DNA of 64,000 nt, from positions 64,001-128,000 of the forward strand of contig CAMAVZ010000001.1 of assembly GCA_945861645.1 (NCBI GenBank). Reading direction: 5' to 3'. Source of the stretch: Opitutus sp. GAS368. Its GTDB lineage: Bacteria > Verrucomicrobiota > Verrucomicrobiia > Opitutales > Opitutaceae. Position numbers and translations under genes: made by a program. Every line of letters begins with the position of its first letter. The stretch's first letter is position 1. The notes beneath the pieces were generated by a model that saw only the letters and a list, made by a program, of their open reading frames with translations, did no database searches and was not told the origin of the DNA. Positions 9,470 to 20,111 of the stretch are shown piece after piece.

Positions 9470-10039
9470 TTAAGATTTTTCCGCCAATTTACGGGTGCGC
9501 TTTTTCAAAGCTTTTACCAGAAGATCGATGTCGTTTAGGCTTGGCTTGGTCATGCGATCGATGAAGAGCACGCCATTCAGGTGATCAACCTCATGTTGCA
9601 CGCAGCGGCTCAACAGGCCATTGCAATGGAGGGTGTGATCGTGGCCGGCGGTGTCTTGAAATGTTACGGTGATGGTCTCAGGTCGCACCACATCGCCGCG
9701 GATTTTAGGGAAAGACAAACAGCCCTCCTCTGCAATGGCGGTGGGTTCGACCACCGATGTTACCTCGGGATTAACCAACACCAGCGGCATAAACAGATCC
9801 AGTGGCAGATGGGTGCCATCGTAGGTCCACTTAAATTTTGCTTCGACCCCGCTGAGGTCGACGACGCAAAGCTGCAGGGCTTCGCCGATTTGCTGAGCGG
9901 CCAGACCGATCCCTTCGGCCGCGTGCATGGTATCGATCATGACTGCAGCCAAGTGACGCAGGTGAGCGTTGTAGGCGGTGACCTTAGCGCCTTGCTTGCG
10001 CAAAATCGGATGGTTATAGTGAACAATTGGCAGCGACAT
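9470..10039 (-). CDS. def: Peptide deformylase
   Basis: GIGLAAQQ, EGCLS, QHEVDHLNG. Confidence 0.97.
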   Translation of the reverse strand: MSLPIVHYNHPILRKQGAKVTAYNAHLRHLAAVMIDTMHAAEGIGLAAQQIGEALQLCVVDLSGVEAKFKWTYDGTHLPLDLFMPLVLVNPEVTSVVEPTAIAEEGCLSFPKIRGDVVRPETITVTFQDTAGHDHTLHCNGLLSRCVQHEVDHLNGVLFIDRMTKPSLNDIDLLVKALKKRTRKLAEKS

Positions 10040-10118
10040 TGGTCTGAGTTAAGTTCGCTAGTGTATTTGTTTGTGCCGGCGCGCGGCAAATAAATTTGTT
10101 TCCGCCAGCTTAACCGTT

Positions 10119-11789
10119 ATGTCTTCCGCCATGCCCATCAATTCCCGACCGACCGACGCCCGGGCTGCTCCCTGGCAGCTCTGGCTGGGGTTGGGCGTAG
10201 GGCTGTTGGCCGTGGCTTGGCTACTCCCAGTCAATGTTAAGTCCCTCAATGTCGCGCTGCTTCGTGAGGCCGGCCGGGGGACCCAAAGCGTCGCAGGTTT
10301 TGGGCGCGACTTGCTCGAATTAGATAAACCAGGCCCCGCCGCGCTGGTGTTAGCCGCGGCGAAAAAAACGGGCGATAGTGGCGCGGGCGCTCTCGAGATG
10401 ATCGCCGATAATTTTTCCCGTCAGCATCGCGAGATGATGCCATGGGGAGGATGGGATGTCGCGCTGGAGCCCTTGCTGGCCAACCGCAACGCCGCCGCTT
10501 CGGCGGCTTCGCAGCCGGTGCTCAAGTTTATGATCTTGCCGCAGGCGCGCGATAATCTCCGGCGTTATCTGACCGTCTCGCGCTTACCTGCGGTCCAAAC
10601 TTTGCTGAAGACGGCAGCGCTGACTACGACGCAGCGCTTTGTGCCAGCTAATCGTCCGGGCGGACAACCGTTGGAAGCGGTTATCTTACTGACCGCTTAT
10701 CTTTGGCAGACCGAGCATCTCTCGGCTCCCCTGCAGCGTGAGGTGCGGGCTCTCGCAGAACGAGCGGTCCAGTCAGGGCAGATGGGCGAGTTGGAGGATT
10801 TTTATTTGGATATTCTCACGCTGGGTCAGCGGCTGAATTGGATTCAGTTAGCGGAGCTTTTGCGCACGACGGGCAGTCTCGGGACGGTGGGGCAATTTGC
10901 GCATTTGACGCGCATGGCCCCGGAGCATCTGCCGATTATTTATACGGCGGCCTTGATGGCTAAATCCGCCGACACCGTCGCGCATTATCTCATTACCTAT
11001 GGCCGACGCGGCCTCGATAGCTTGCAACTGGCGCTTTCCTTTGGCGCAGGAGCGGTGGTGCAACTGGTGCAACGGCAAGTGCCAGTTACGAGTGGGGCGG
11101 GACTAGAATTTGAATGGGGGGCCGCCTTTGCCCTGCGTCATCCTGAGCTCGCGCTCTTGGCAAAATACGCGGCTTTTCTGGGAGGCATCTTTCTGCTGCT
11201 CCGGGCCGTCGATACGGGGCTTTTTTTTACGGTGGAAGCAACCTTGCGCAGTGCTTTTCCCCGCATGAGTAGCGGCCTGATTGCGATCATTCTCACTTTT
11301 ATCTTTTTTGTCTTTTCGGAGCCTTTTTTGTTAAAGGCTGCTCCCGTTTCTGATTATAAAATTAAACTCACTATTCCAGTTATCGGCGCCTTGGCGGCGC
11401 CGGTGACGAGCGAAGTAACCACCCCCACCACCATGGACCTCTCCACCATTCTCTCGATCACGCTGTTCGCCTGCTTGCAGGTCGGCATGTACGTTATCTG
11501 TTTGCTGAAAATCGCCGAGATCGACCGGCAGACCTTGGTCGCCACCGCTAAGCTCCGCCTCATGGAGAATGAGGAAAATCTGTTTGATGGGGGACTCTAC
11601 CTGGGCATTGCTGGCACCGCGACCGCGCTGGTGCTGCAAGTCCTCGGCGTGATCGATGCGAACTTATTAGCGGCTTATTCCTCCAACTTGTTTGGCATTG
11701 TCTGCGTGGCCCTCGTGAAGATCCGTCACGTGCGACCCTATAAGCGGAAACTGATTGTGGAATCACTAGGCACCGCCGCGACGGTTTAA
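10119..11789 (+). CDS. Hypothetical membrane protein with large periplasmic domain and C-terminal MotA/TolQ/ExbB-like 3-TM module
   Basis: About 6 TMs; C-terminal LGIAGT and AAYSSNLFGI resemble the ExbB/ZorA TM2-TM3 motifs. Start at 10119 or 10131. Confidence 0.6.
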   Translation: MSSAMPINSRPTDARAAPWQLWLGLGVGLLAVAWLLPVNVKSLNVALLREAGRGTQSVAGFGRDLLELDKPGPAALVLAAAKKTGDSGAGALEMIADNFSRQHREMMPWGGWDVALEPLLANRNAAASAASQPVLKFMILPQARDNLRRYLTVSRLPAVQTLLKTAALTTTQRFVPANRPGGQPLEAVILLTAYLWQTEHLSAPLQREVRALAERAVQSGQMGELEDFYLDILTLGQRLNWIQLAELLRTTGSLGTVGQFAHLTRMAPEHLPIIYTAALMAKSADTVAHYLITYGRRGLDSLQLALSFGAGAVVQLVQRQVPVTSGAGLEFEWGAAFALRHPELALLAKYAAFLGGIFLLLRAVDTGLFFTVEATLRSAFPRMSSGLIAIILTFIFFVFSEPFLLKAAPVSDYKIKLTIPVIGALAAPVTSEVTTPTTMDLSTILSITLFACLQVGMYVICLLKIAEIDRQTLVATAKLRLMENEENLFDGGLYLGIAGTATALVLQVLGVIDANLLAAYSSNLFGIVCVALVKIRHVRPYKRKLIVESLGTAATV

Positions 11790-11801
11790 GGAGACTGCGC
11801 G

Positions 11802-13190
11802 ATGAACAAGACGCTCTTATTAATTATGTGCGACTTTATGTTGCTCAATCTCCTCGCGCTCACGCGCTGGGAGAAAGCGGAGCCATCGCATACGCAGCTC
11901 GAGTCCGCGGCCCCGCGCTCGGCCGTCAATGCGCCCGCCATCAATGCGGACATGGTCGAGTTGATGCGCCTCACGCTCGAGGATGAAAAAACTGCCCGCG
12001 ACGCACTCGCCACGCAGCTAGCCGCCACGCGGGGTTCTTTGTCAGAGCGCGAGAAAAATCTGGCCGCGCTGCAACAGCAGAAGGGCCAGCTTGAAAATTC
12101 CTTGGCGGCCAACCAATCGAGTACCCGCGAGTTAGAGAAACGCTTTACGGCCACCGCGCAGGAGGCGGCCTTGTCCAAGGAACAGTTGGCCAAAATGCAG
12201 CGCGAACTGGAAGAGCGTCGCGCTGAGGCGGAGCGACAGAAAGCTGAGTTGGTGCGCTTGGATCGGCAAAATGCCGAAGCCCGGCAGCGGATTGAAAATC
12301 TTAATGTCGCCGTCCGCGTGGCCGAGCAGGAAAAAAAGTTGATTAGTCAAAACCTGACCGAGGCCAAACAGCAGGTGGAAGTCGAGCGACTCGAGCGCGC
12401 TAAAGTGCAGGAGCAAACTTCGCAGCTGACGCTGGGCGTGGGTCAATTGGCCCAACAATCAGGCGCCCTGAGTCAGGAGATTCGCAGTAATCGGCCCATT
12501 AATCCCAATATTATCTTCAGCGAATTTTTGGCGAATCGGGTGCAATCAAAATTTATTGCGCGCCGGCCAGGATTATTTAGCCCGACCGTGAAGGAGCATA
12601 ACACGCAAACGATTTTGGTGAGCGATGGTCAGCAAATTTATGCGCTGATGCATTTGAGCGACACGCCTTTTGTGTTGGGAGAAATTGCGATCGATTATGA
12701 TCAAGTAGCGGGTCGGCTGACCCGGGGTTCCTTCAGCGCGCCCTTGGCTGAGCTGCATTTTCTACGCTTGGATCCGCGCGTGATGGTGGCGCCGATCGAT
12801 GCCTCGCTGGCGGCCCTGATGGGTGGGAAAATCTATCGGCTGGCAGCGGAGCCTTTTAAATTTCCCGAAGCTGTCTTGGTGCGCGCGGATGACGGTCGTT
12901 ACGGCGAGACGCCCTTCCGCATTGACGCAGCTAACGCCAGCTACGTGAAGCTCGACAACCGAATTACCACGCGACTCTTCGGGGAAATCGCGCCCAAGCG
13001 CGGCGATCTCGTTTTTAGCAAAACGGGCGATCTGATTGGCATGATGGTCAACAGCGACTACTGCGCCGTGCTCGGTAATTTTACGGCCGCTTACATTCTG
13101 AAGACCGGAGAAAATCCTGAACCAAAGACGAGCGTCGTTTTATCGGAAGCATATACCCGGCTCCAGCGGTTACCTTTTAAATTACAGTGA
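11802..13190 (+). CDS. Hypothetical protein: N-terminal Asp-containing TM, long coiled coil, C-terminal trypsin-like fold
   Basis: LLLIMCDFMLLNLLAL; E/Q/R/K/L heptad region about aa 50-230; GDLVFSKTGDLIGMMVN resembles the PA-clan C-terminal strands. Confidence 0.6.
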   Translation: MNKTLLLIMCDFMLLNLLALTRWEKAEPSHTQLESAAPRSAVNAPAINADMVELMRLTLEDEKTARDALATQLAATRGSLSEREKNLAALQQQKGQLENSLAANQSSTRELEKRFTATAQEAALSKEQLAKMQRELEERRAEAERQKAELVRLDRQNAEARQRIENLNVAVRVAEQEKKLISQNLTEAKQQVEVERLERAKVQEQTSQLTLGVGQLAQQSGALSQEIRSNRPINPNIIFSEFLANRVQSKFIARRPGLFSPTVKEHNTQTILVSDGQQIYALMHLSDTPFVLGEIAIDYDQVAGRLTRGSFSAPLAELHFLRLDPRVMVAPIDASLAALMGGKIYRLAAEPFKFPEAVLVRADDGRYGETPFRIDAANASYVKLDNRITTRLFGEIAPKRGDLVFSKTGDLIGMMVNSDYCAVLGNFTAAYILKTGENPEPKTSVVLSEAYTRLQRLPFKLQ

Positions 13191-13262
13191 GGCGTTGGGC
13201 CCCGTCGGTGTACTCCGATCACAATTTTCCGGGTCTCTAATCGTCGTGGTCGATGCTTGAGC

Positions 13263-14033
13263 TTACAGACTCGTTGGTAAGGTGAGTTCGCGCACCCAGA
13301 TATTGCGAAAGGCGATGGGATTGCGGTGATCCTGTAGCATGAGCGGAAGTTTGGCGGCATGCGGAACATATTTGGGCTCGCCGCGATAAACTGTCGGGCC
13401 GCGCACGATGGCATCGTGCTGCACGAGCACGCCATTATGTAAAACCGTCAGCCGCGCGGGGCTGAGCAGGGTGCCATCCGCGGCAAAGCGCGGGGCTATA
13501 AAGACGGCCTCATAGGTCTGCCACTCGCCCGGGGGGCGACTGGCATTTACGAGCGGGGGATGCTGTTTATAAATTGAGCCGGCTTGGCCATTGACGTACG
13601 TGGGGTTATTAGACGAATCGAGCACCTGCAATTCATAGAGCCCCATGAAAAATACTCCGCTGTTGCCGCGGCCTTGACTCGAACCGACGACTTGGGCCGG
13701 AGTGCGAAATTCGAGATGCAGCTGGACGTCGCCGAAAGATTGTTTCGTCTGTTGATCATATGTGGGCGCAGGCGCGGGCTTAGTCGCCACCACCATTGCG
13801 CCAGCTTCAATCTGCCAAAGGTGGCCGTTGGCCTTGACTGGCTTCCAGGCCGCGAGCGAGGTGCCGTCGAATAATACGAAGGCGTCGGAGGGAACAAGGC
13901 CCGCGGTTGCCGTGACTACCGCTGGTACGGGCTGCCAATATTCCGTCACTTCAGGGGGCGGGAGATTTTCGGCATAGGTCAATCCAGTTAGGCCCGATAA
14001 TAAAAATAGGGCAGCGGAGGTGGGGCGCGTCAT
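13263..14033 (-). CDS. DUF1080 (3-keto-disaccharide hydrolase-like) secreted protein
   Basis: Signal peptide; LFDG, GNSGVF, YELQVLD, LQDH..P..FRNIW. Confidence 0.88.
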   Translation of the reverse strand: MTRPTSAALFLLSGLTGLTYAENLPPPEVTEYWQPVPAVVTATAGLVPSDAFVLFDGTSLAAWKPVKANGHLWQIEAGAMVVATKPAPAPTYDQQTKQSFGDVQLHLEFRTPAQVVGSSQGRGNSGVFFMGLYELQVLDSSNNPTYVNGQAGSIYKQHPPLVNASRPPGEWQTYEAVFIAPRFAADGTLLSPARLTVLHNGVLVQHDAIVRGPTVYRGEPKYVPHAAKLPLMLQDHRNPIAFRNIWVRELTLPTSL

Positions 14034-14117
14034 GGGGAAAAATTTGTGCAAGCGCGGCTAGGAGGCAAGAGCAGGAATCGCCGCCACGGCGAGAGCGCGT
14101 GCATCGATCAGGCTGAC

Positions 14118-15236
14118 TTAGGCAAACACGCCGCCGCCGAGTAGTTGCTCGCCACGGTAGAGCGCCATGATTTGGCCGGAGGCAAGGGCGCGTTGCGGTT
14201 GGGTAAAAGTTATGCGGGCCGATCTGGTTGTTGGCGGCGCGGCGGAATCTCCTGATGCTAGGGTCGGATAAAAATTAATCCCGACGCGCGGGTCGCGGTA
14301 GCGCACCCGGCATTCGATGGCTTGCGGTGAGCTCGCGGCCGATGGGGTGATGGGTTCACCAATAAAGCTGAGACGGTGAATTTGGCATTCGTGGGTCCAC
14401 AGGCCAGGTGCAGTCGGGCTGTCGAAAGCGACAAGTAAGGCGTGATCGCTGACGCGTTTGCCGGTGACGACATAAGCTTGATCGTCCGTGTTCGAGGGAA
14501 TGCGAATGCCGCGGCGTTGGCCAATCGTGTAATAGTGAAGCCCGCGATGTTCGCCGAGGATCTGCCCATCGGTGGCGCGTACAATGGGACCCGGGTGATC
14601 CGGCACATATGCCGCGAGAAAATCAGCCATCTTGACGGCGCCGATGAAGCAGATCCCTTGGCTGTCTTTTTTGTCCGCCGTCGCGAGGTGGGCGGCGGTC
14701 GCGATCCGTCGCAGTTCGGGCTTAGGCAGATGGCCAATCGGAAAGCGGGCGAAACGCAGTTGTGCCTGCGTCAGGAGCGCGAGAAAGTAGGATTGATCCT
14801 TATTTTTATCGAGCCCTTCTCTTAAAATATAATGATCCGGCGCGATCGCGATGCGTTGAGCATAGTGACCGGTCGCAAGAGCCGTGAAGCCTTCCGCTTC
14901 GGCGTAGGCGCGGAGGACGCCAAACTTAATGCGGCTATTGCACATCACATCAGGATTGGGGGTGAGCCCGTGCTGGTAGCCTTCGAGGAGATAATCCACG
15001 ATCAGTCGACGGTAGTCGGCCATGAGATTGAGGACGCGAAATTCAAGGCCGAGTTGATCCGCTACCGCGCGGGCATCGGCGATATCCTGCATCCAGGGGC
15101 AGTGGCCGATCACGTTATCTTCATTGATCCAATTTTTCATGTACGCGCCGACCACCGTGAAGCCTTGCTGCTTCAGGAGGAGAGCGGCGACGCTGCTGTC
15201 GACGCCGCCGGACATGGCCACTAAGATACGTTCCAT
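14118..15236 (-). CDS. mnmA: tRNA-specific 2-thiouridylase
   Basis: [38 protein letters not shown]. Confidence 0.97.
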   Translation of the reverse strand: MERILVAMSGGVDSSVAALLLKQQGFTVVGAYMKNWINEDNVIGHCPWMQDIADARAVADQLGLEFRVLNLMADYRRLIVDYLLEGYQHGLTPNPDVMCNSRIKFGVLRAYAEAEGFTALATGHYAQRIAIAPDHYILREGLDKNKDQSYFLALLTQAQLRFARFPIGHLPKPELRRIATAAHLATADKKDSQGICFIGAVKMADFLAAYVPDHPGPIVRATDGQILGEHRGLHYYTIGQRRGIRIPSNTDDQAYVVTGKRVSDHALLVAFDSPTAPGLWTHECQIHRLSFIGEPITPSAASSPQAIECRVRYRDPRVGINFYPTLASGDSAAPPTTRSARITFTQPQRALASGQIMALYRGEQLLGGGVFA

Positions 15237-15361
15237 CGGCTTAAGCAGTTCGCGGCGCAGGCTTTTTGTCAATCCACCTGCGCGCGACGATTCGAGACCC
15301 CGCATATTTTGCTGCGCGCAGTGATGCTTTACAGATGAGGGCGGGGGCTTAGCTTCAGAGG

Positions 15362-16324
15362 ATGCGATATTTTATCATCAGCCTGTGCCTTGCGGTGATC
15401 ACGATGCGGGCAGAAACCTTAACGCCTACGGCGGCTCCGCCTTTAGTTATTCCTGCGCGAACAGCGGCGCGGCCGGTCCGACCTTATCCCGACGTCGATC
15501 ACGTAGTCATCATCAGTATCGATGGACTGCGGCCGGATCGACTTTTGTTGGCCAACACGCCGACCCTGCGCGGTCTCATCGCGCGCGGCGCCTATACTTT
15601 TTGGGCCAAAACCACCGCCTTGGGCACTACCTTGCCCTCGCATACCAGCATGCTGACGGCGGTGAAGCCGCGTAAGCACGGCATTTTATGGAATACAGAT
15701 TTACCGCTGAAGGCAGCGATATACCCCAATTATCCGACGCTGTTTGAGCTGGCGCGTCGTGCGGGTTACACGACCGCAATGGCGGCGGGGAAAACTAAAT
15801 TTAATGGTATCAACAAGCCCGGCACGATCCAACATGTTGATGTATCCAGTAAAGACGAGGTCGAGGATGAATCCGTCACCGTCGCGGCGGAAAGCATGAT
15901 CGCCGCGCATCAGCCGGAAGTTTTATTTATACATTTGCCCGCGGTGGACTACGCGGGCCACAAATATGGTTGGGCTTCGGTCGAGCAATTGGCCACCATC
16001 GAAAAGGTGGATGGCCAGGTGCAGCGGATCTTTACCGCGCTGGCGCGGGCGGGTTTGACGGAGCGCACGGTGGTGATGCTGACGTCCGACCATGGCGGGG
16101 CGGGTAAGACGCACGGGCAGGAGGATGATCCGCGGAGTCGGCATATTCCTTGGATTATGGTAGGGCCGCACATCCAGCCGGGTGACCTCACCCGTGAGGC
16201 TGATTTGGTGGTTAATACGGAAGACACCGGTGCGACGGCCTGTTATTTATTAGGTTTATCCCAGCTGCCGTATTTCGACGGTCGACCGGTGTTAGCGGCC
16301 TTGATCAATCCCCCCGCGCCTTGA
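15362..16324 (+). CDS. Nucleotide pyrophosphatase/phosphodiesterase (alkaline phosphatase superfamily), secreted
   Basis: SIDGLRPD, Thr nucleophile in TTLPSH, DYAGH, SDHGG. Confidence 0.85.
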   Translation: MRYFIISLCLAVITMRAETLTPTAAPPLVIPARTAARPVRPYPDVDHVVIISIDGLRPDRLLLANTPTLRGLIARGAYTFWAKTTALGTTLPSHTSMLTAVKPRKHGILWNTDLPLKAAIYPNYPTLFELARRAGYTTAMAAGKTKFNGINKPGTIQHVDVSSKDEVEDESVTVAAESMIAAHQPEVLFIHLPAVDYAGHKYGWASVEQLATIEKVDGQVQRIFTALARAGLTERTVVMLTSDHGGAGKTHGQEDDPRSRHIPWIMVGPHIQPGDLTREADLVVNTEDTGATACYLLGLSQLPYFDGRPVLAALINPPAP

Positions 16325-18795
16325 TGAAGCTTGATTTGTCGTCGGTGGATTATCCGCATCGCATCGTCCGCGCTTGGTTGAATTCTACTTCCTCGGGCGT
16401 GATTGCGCTTGATGCCGATTGGCAAGGCGATGCGCTCCCGCTGTTGGCGCCGGGGGAGCCGGCTTTTGCGTTTGCGAATTTGGGGCCAGCGGCGGCGTCA
16501 CTCTATGCCGAAGAGGCGGCGTACTATGTGGATGAGGCGGGGCAATTAGTTTTCGTGCTCGATCCGGCTGATTACAGCTGGATCGATTTTAAAACGATGC
16601 CGGTTTATGTGGCGGGTAGTTTTAATGGCTGGGCCGCCGCGATTGGTCAGCCCGAGTGGCGTTTGCAACTGAGCGGGTTAAATGGTCGGCCCGTTTGGCT
16701 GGGGCGGACCCGCGCTGCGCCCTTGCTCACCGCGCCGCCGCAACAATTTAAATTTATTACCGCGGAAGGGCGTTGGTTAGAGTTGCCGCGTGAGGCGAGC
16801 AATGGAGTTAGTGCGGGTCAGGGATATTTAAATCGGGCAATTTTTCCTCACCGCACGGGGCGCAATTTATTTCAATTTACGACCATTGAGCCGCTGCTAC
16901 TGACGCAGACTTATTCCGTTATTCAGGTGCGCGATGGCCGGCACGCGCCGAAGACTCGGCTGCGCTTGGGGAAGTTCTTCCATGAGCTGAGCAGTCCGCT
17001 ACCGATGGGCGCGCAGGTGCATCAAGCCGAGACGACGTTTCGGCTCTTTGCGCCCCGGGCTAAGTATGTGCGGCTTTTCCTTTGTGAAAAACTAACGGAG
17101 CAGGAGCACGCTTTTGGCTATGAATTAGACCGACGGGATGAGGCCGGCCGTTGGTCCGGAGTGTGGGAAGCGCATCTCGATCGAAATCTGCATGGCTGGT
17201 ATTACTGGTATTCGATCAATGGGCCCCATGATTTTTTTGGTCATTTTCAGCCCAGTCACAAAGTGCTCGATCCCTACGCGCAGGCGGCAGTGGGGCCCGC
17301 CGGTCCGGGGGTAGTGCTCGATCCCGCTTGGGTGGGGCGCGGGGACCGATCGTGGGCTACGCCGCCTTGGCAGGATTTGGTGATCGCCGAGGCGCACGTG
17401 CGTGATCTCGTCGCGCACGCGCCACTCCCGCTGGCGGCGAACGCGCGCTTAGGCTTTGCCGGTCTGACGCAGTGGGTGAATCACCCTGATTTTTATTTAA
17501 AAAAATTGGGCGTGAACGCGGTCGAGTTGCAGCCCATTCATGAGCATGATGCGCGGCACTCGGCCGACTATCATTGGGGTTACATGACTACGAATTTTTT
17601 TGCGCCGGCGAGCGGCTATGGTTTGGTGCCGGGAAGCATTCAGGTCGTCAAAGAATTCCAAGCCCTCGTGGCCGCTTTTCATCGCCAAGGGATCGCGGTG
17701 ATTATCGATGTGGTTTATAATCATGTGGGGGAGCCGCCCCACCTGCAGTTAATCGATAAGCTTTATTATTTTGAACTCGATGATCAGGGGCAACTCACCA
17801 ACAGCAGTGGCTGTGGCAATGATGTCCGCTGTCGCTCGGCGATGGCCACCCGGCTGATCAGCGACAGCCTCATTCATTTAATCGAAGTGTACGGCGTCGA
17901 TGGCTTCCGTTTTGATTTGGCGGAGTTAATCGGGGTGGATGTGTTGCGCACGGTCGAGGCCGCGGTTAAAAAAGTGAAAGCCGATGTTATTCTCATCGCC
18001 GAGCCCTGGAGTTTCCGCGGACACAGCGCGGCCGCTTTGCGTTCCACGGGCTATACCTCATGGAATGACGGCTATCGGGATTTCTTGCGGGCCTATGTGC
18101 ACGGCCGGGGCACGGCGGAGAAAATGGAGTATTTTTTGAAGGGCTCGCCGTGGCATTTTGCTTACTGGCCAGCCCAGACCGTAAATTACACGGAGTCGCA
18201 CGACGATCGGACGTGGGTTGATATGATTACGGAGCGCGGCGATCATAATGGCTTCGATCCCACGCCCGCTGATCGGCAACGCACGCACTTGATGGCGGCG
18301 ATTCTCTTGGCCTCGATCGGAATTCCCTTGCTGGCAGCCGGCCAGGATTTTTTGCGGTCAAAATATGGCGTAACTAATACCTATCAGCGCGGAGATCTGA
18401 ATGCGCTCGATTACCAGCGGTGCACTCGTTTCGCCGCGACGCAGCAGTATTTCGCCGACTGGATTGCTTTTCGGCGTTCGCCCCGCGGACACCTGTTGCG
18501 CCAGTGGTCGCGGCCGAGCGAAGGATTTTTTCAATGCATCGCTCAGCTCGATGGCCCCGCGCTGATGGCCATTTATAATGCGGATGGGAGTCAGGGACCG
18601 GAGCGGATATTATTAGCGCTCAACCCGCATAGGGCGGCCGCTACGATTGCGTTGGGAAAATTTGCCGACTGGAACTGGCGGCCGATCGCTGACCAGGAGA
18701 GCTTTTATGTGGCAGGGCAGGGTCAATTGATGTCGATTTCGGTCGACCTCTGTATACCGGCGCTCGGTTGTAGTTTGTGGGTAACGGAGCGGTAA
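16324..18795 (+). CDS. GH13 pullulanase/isoamylase-type debranching enzyme with N-terminal CBM48-like domains
   Basis: VYVAGSFNGW, FRLFAPRA, DPYA, WGY, DVVYNH, GFRFDLA, AEPW, ESHDD; TGATG coupling to the upstream gene. Confidence 0.88.
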   Translation: MKLDLSSVDYPHRIVRAWLNSTSSGVIALDADWQGDALPLLAPGEPAFAFANLGPAAASLYAEEAAYYVDEAGQLVFVLDPADYSWIDFKTMPVYVAGSFNGWAAAIGQPEWRLQLSGLNGRPVWLGRTRAAPLLTAPPQQFKFITAEGRWLELPREASNGVSAGQGYLNRAIFPHRTGRNLFQFTTIEPLLLTQTYSVIQVRDGRHAPKTRLRLGKFFHELSSPLPMGAQVHQAETTFRLFAPRAKYVRLFLCEKLTEQEHAFGYELDRRDEAGRWSGVWEAHLDRNLHGWYYWYSINGPHDFFGHFQPSHKVLDPYAQAAVGPAGPGVVLDPAWVGRGDRSWATPPWQDLVIAEAHVRDLVAHAPLPLAANARLGFAGLTQWVNHPDFYLKKLGVNAVELQPIHEHDARHSADYHWGYMTTNFFAPASGYGLVPGSIQVVKEFQALVAAFHRQGIAVIIDVVYNHVGEPPHLQLIDKLYYFELDDQGQLTNSSGCGNDVRCRSAMATRLISDSLIHLIEVYGVDGFRFDLAELIGVDVLRTVEAAVKKVKADVILIAEPWSFRGHSAAALRSTGYTSWNDGYRDFLRAYVHGRGTAEKMEYFLKGSPWHFAYWPAQTVNYTESHDDRTWVDMITERGDHNGFDPTPADRQRTHLMAAILLASIGIPLLAAGQDFLRSKYGVTNTYQRGDLNALDYQRCTRFAATQQYFADWIAFRRSPRGHLLRQWSRPSEGFFQCIAQLDGPALMAIYNADGSQGPERILLALNPHRAAATIALGKFADWNWRPIADQESFYVAGQGQLMSISVDLCIPALGCSLWVTER

Positions 18796-18920
18796 CCGGC
18801 ACGGGGGGATGGCTGATTTTTAGGCGGGCCCAGTCGCCTCTCAATATGGCACGCATCTCGCTTGCCAAGCTAGTCGGCCTCCTTTTCATAGCGGCCTCTA
18901 CCCATATTTCTGTCGGCTAG

Positions 18921-19994
<1,074 letters not shown>

Positions 19995-20026
19995 TCCCCC
20001 GCGCGGCTCTCCCCGCTATTATTTCG

Positions 20027-20066
20027 AGCGAGTAGCGAGTAATGCCTAGCTCCTACTCGCTTTTTT
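20027..20066 (+). terminator. Intrinsic terminator-like hairpin between gap and pgk
   Basis: AGCGAGTAG...CTACTCGCT stem followed by a T-run. Confidence 0.65.
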
Positions 20067-20111
20067 ATCAAGGCGCCTATTTGGTATCTTCCGCCCGATT
20101 TTCCCGTCGCC

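Noticed and set aside
10119-13190. Calling the pair a Zorya defence system or a flagellar stator
   Set aside because: A has no long cytoplasmic tail, B has no OmpA-like domain, and there are no zorC/D/E or flagellar genes; the context is housekeeping.
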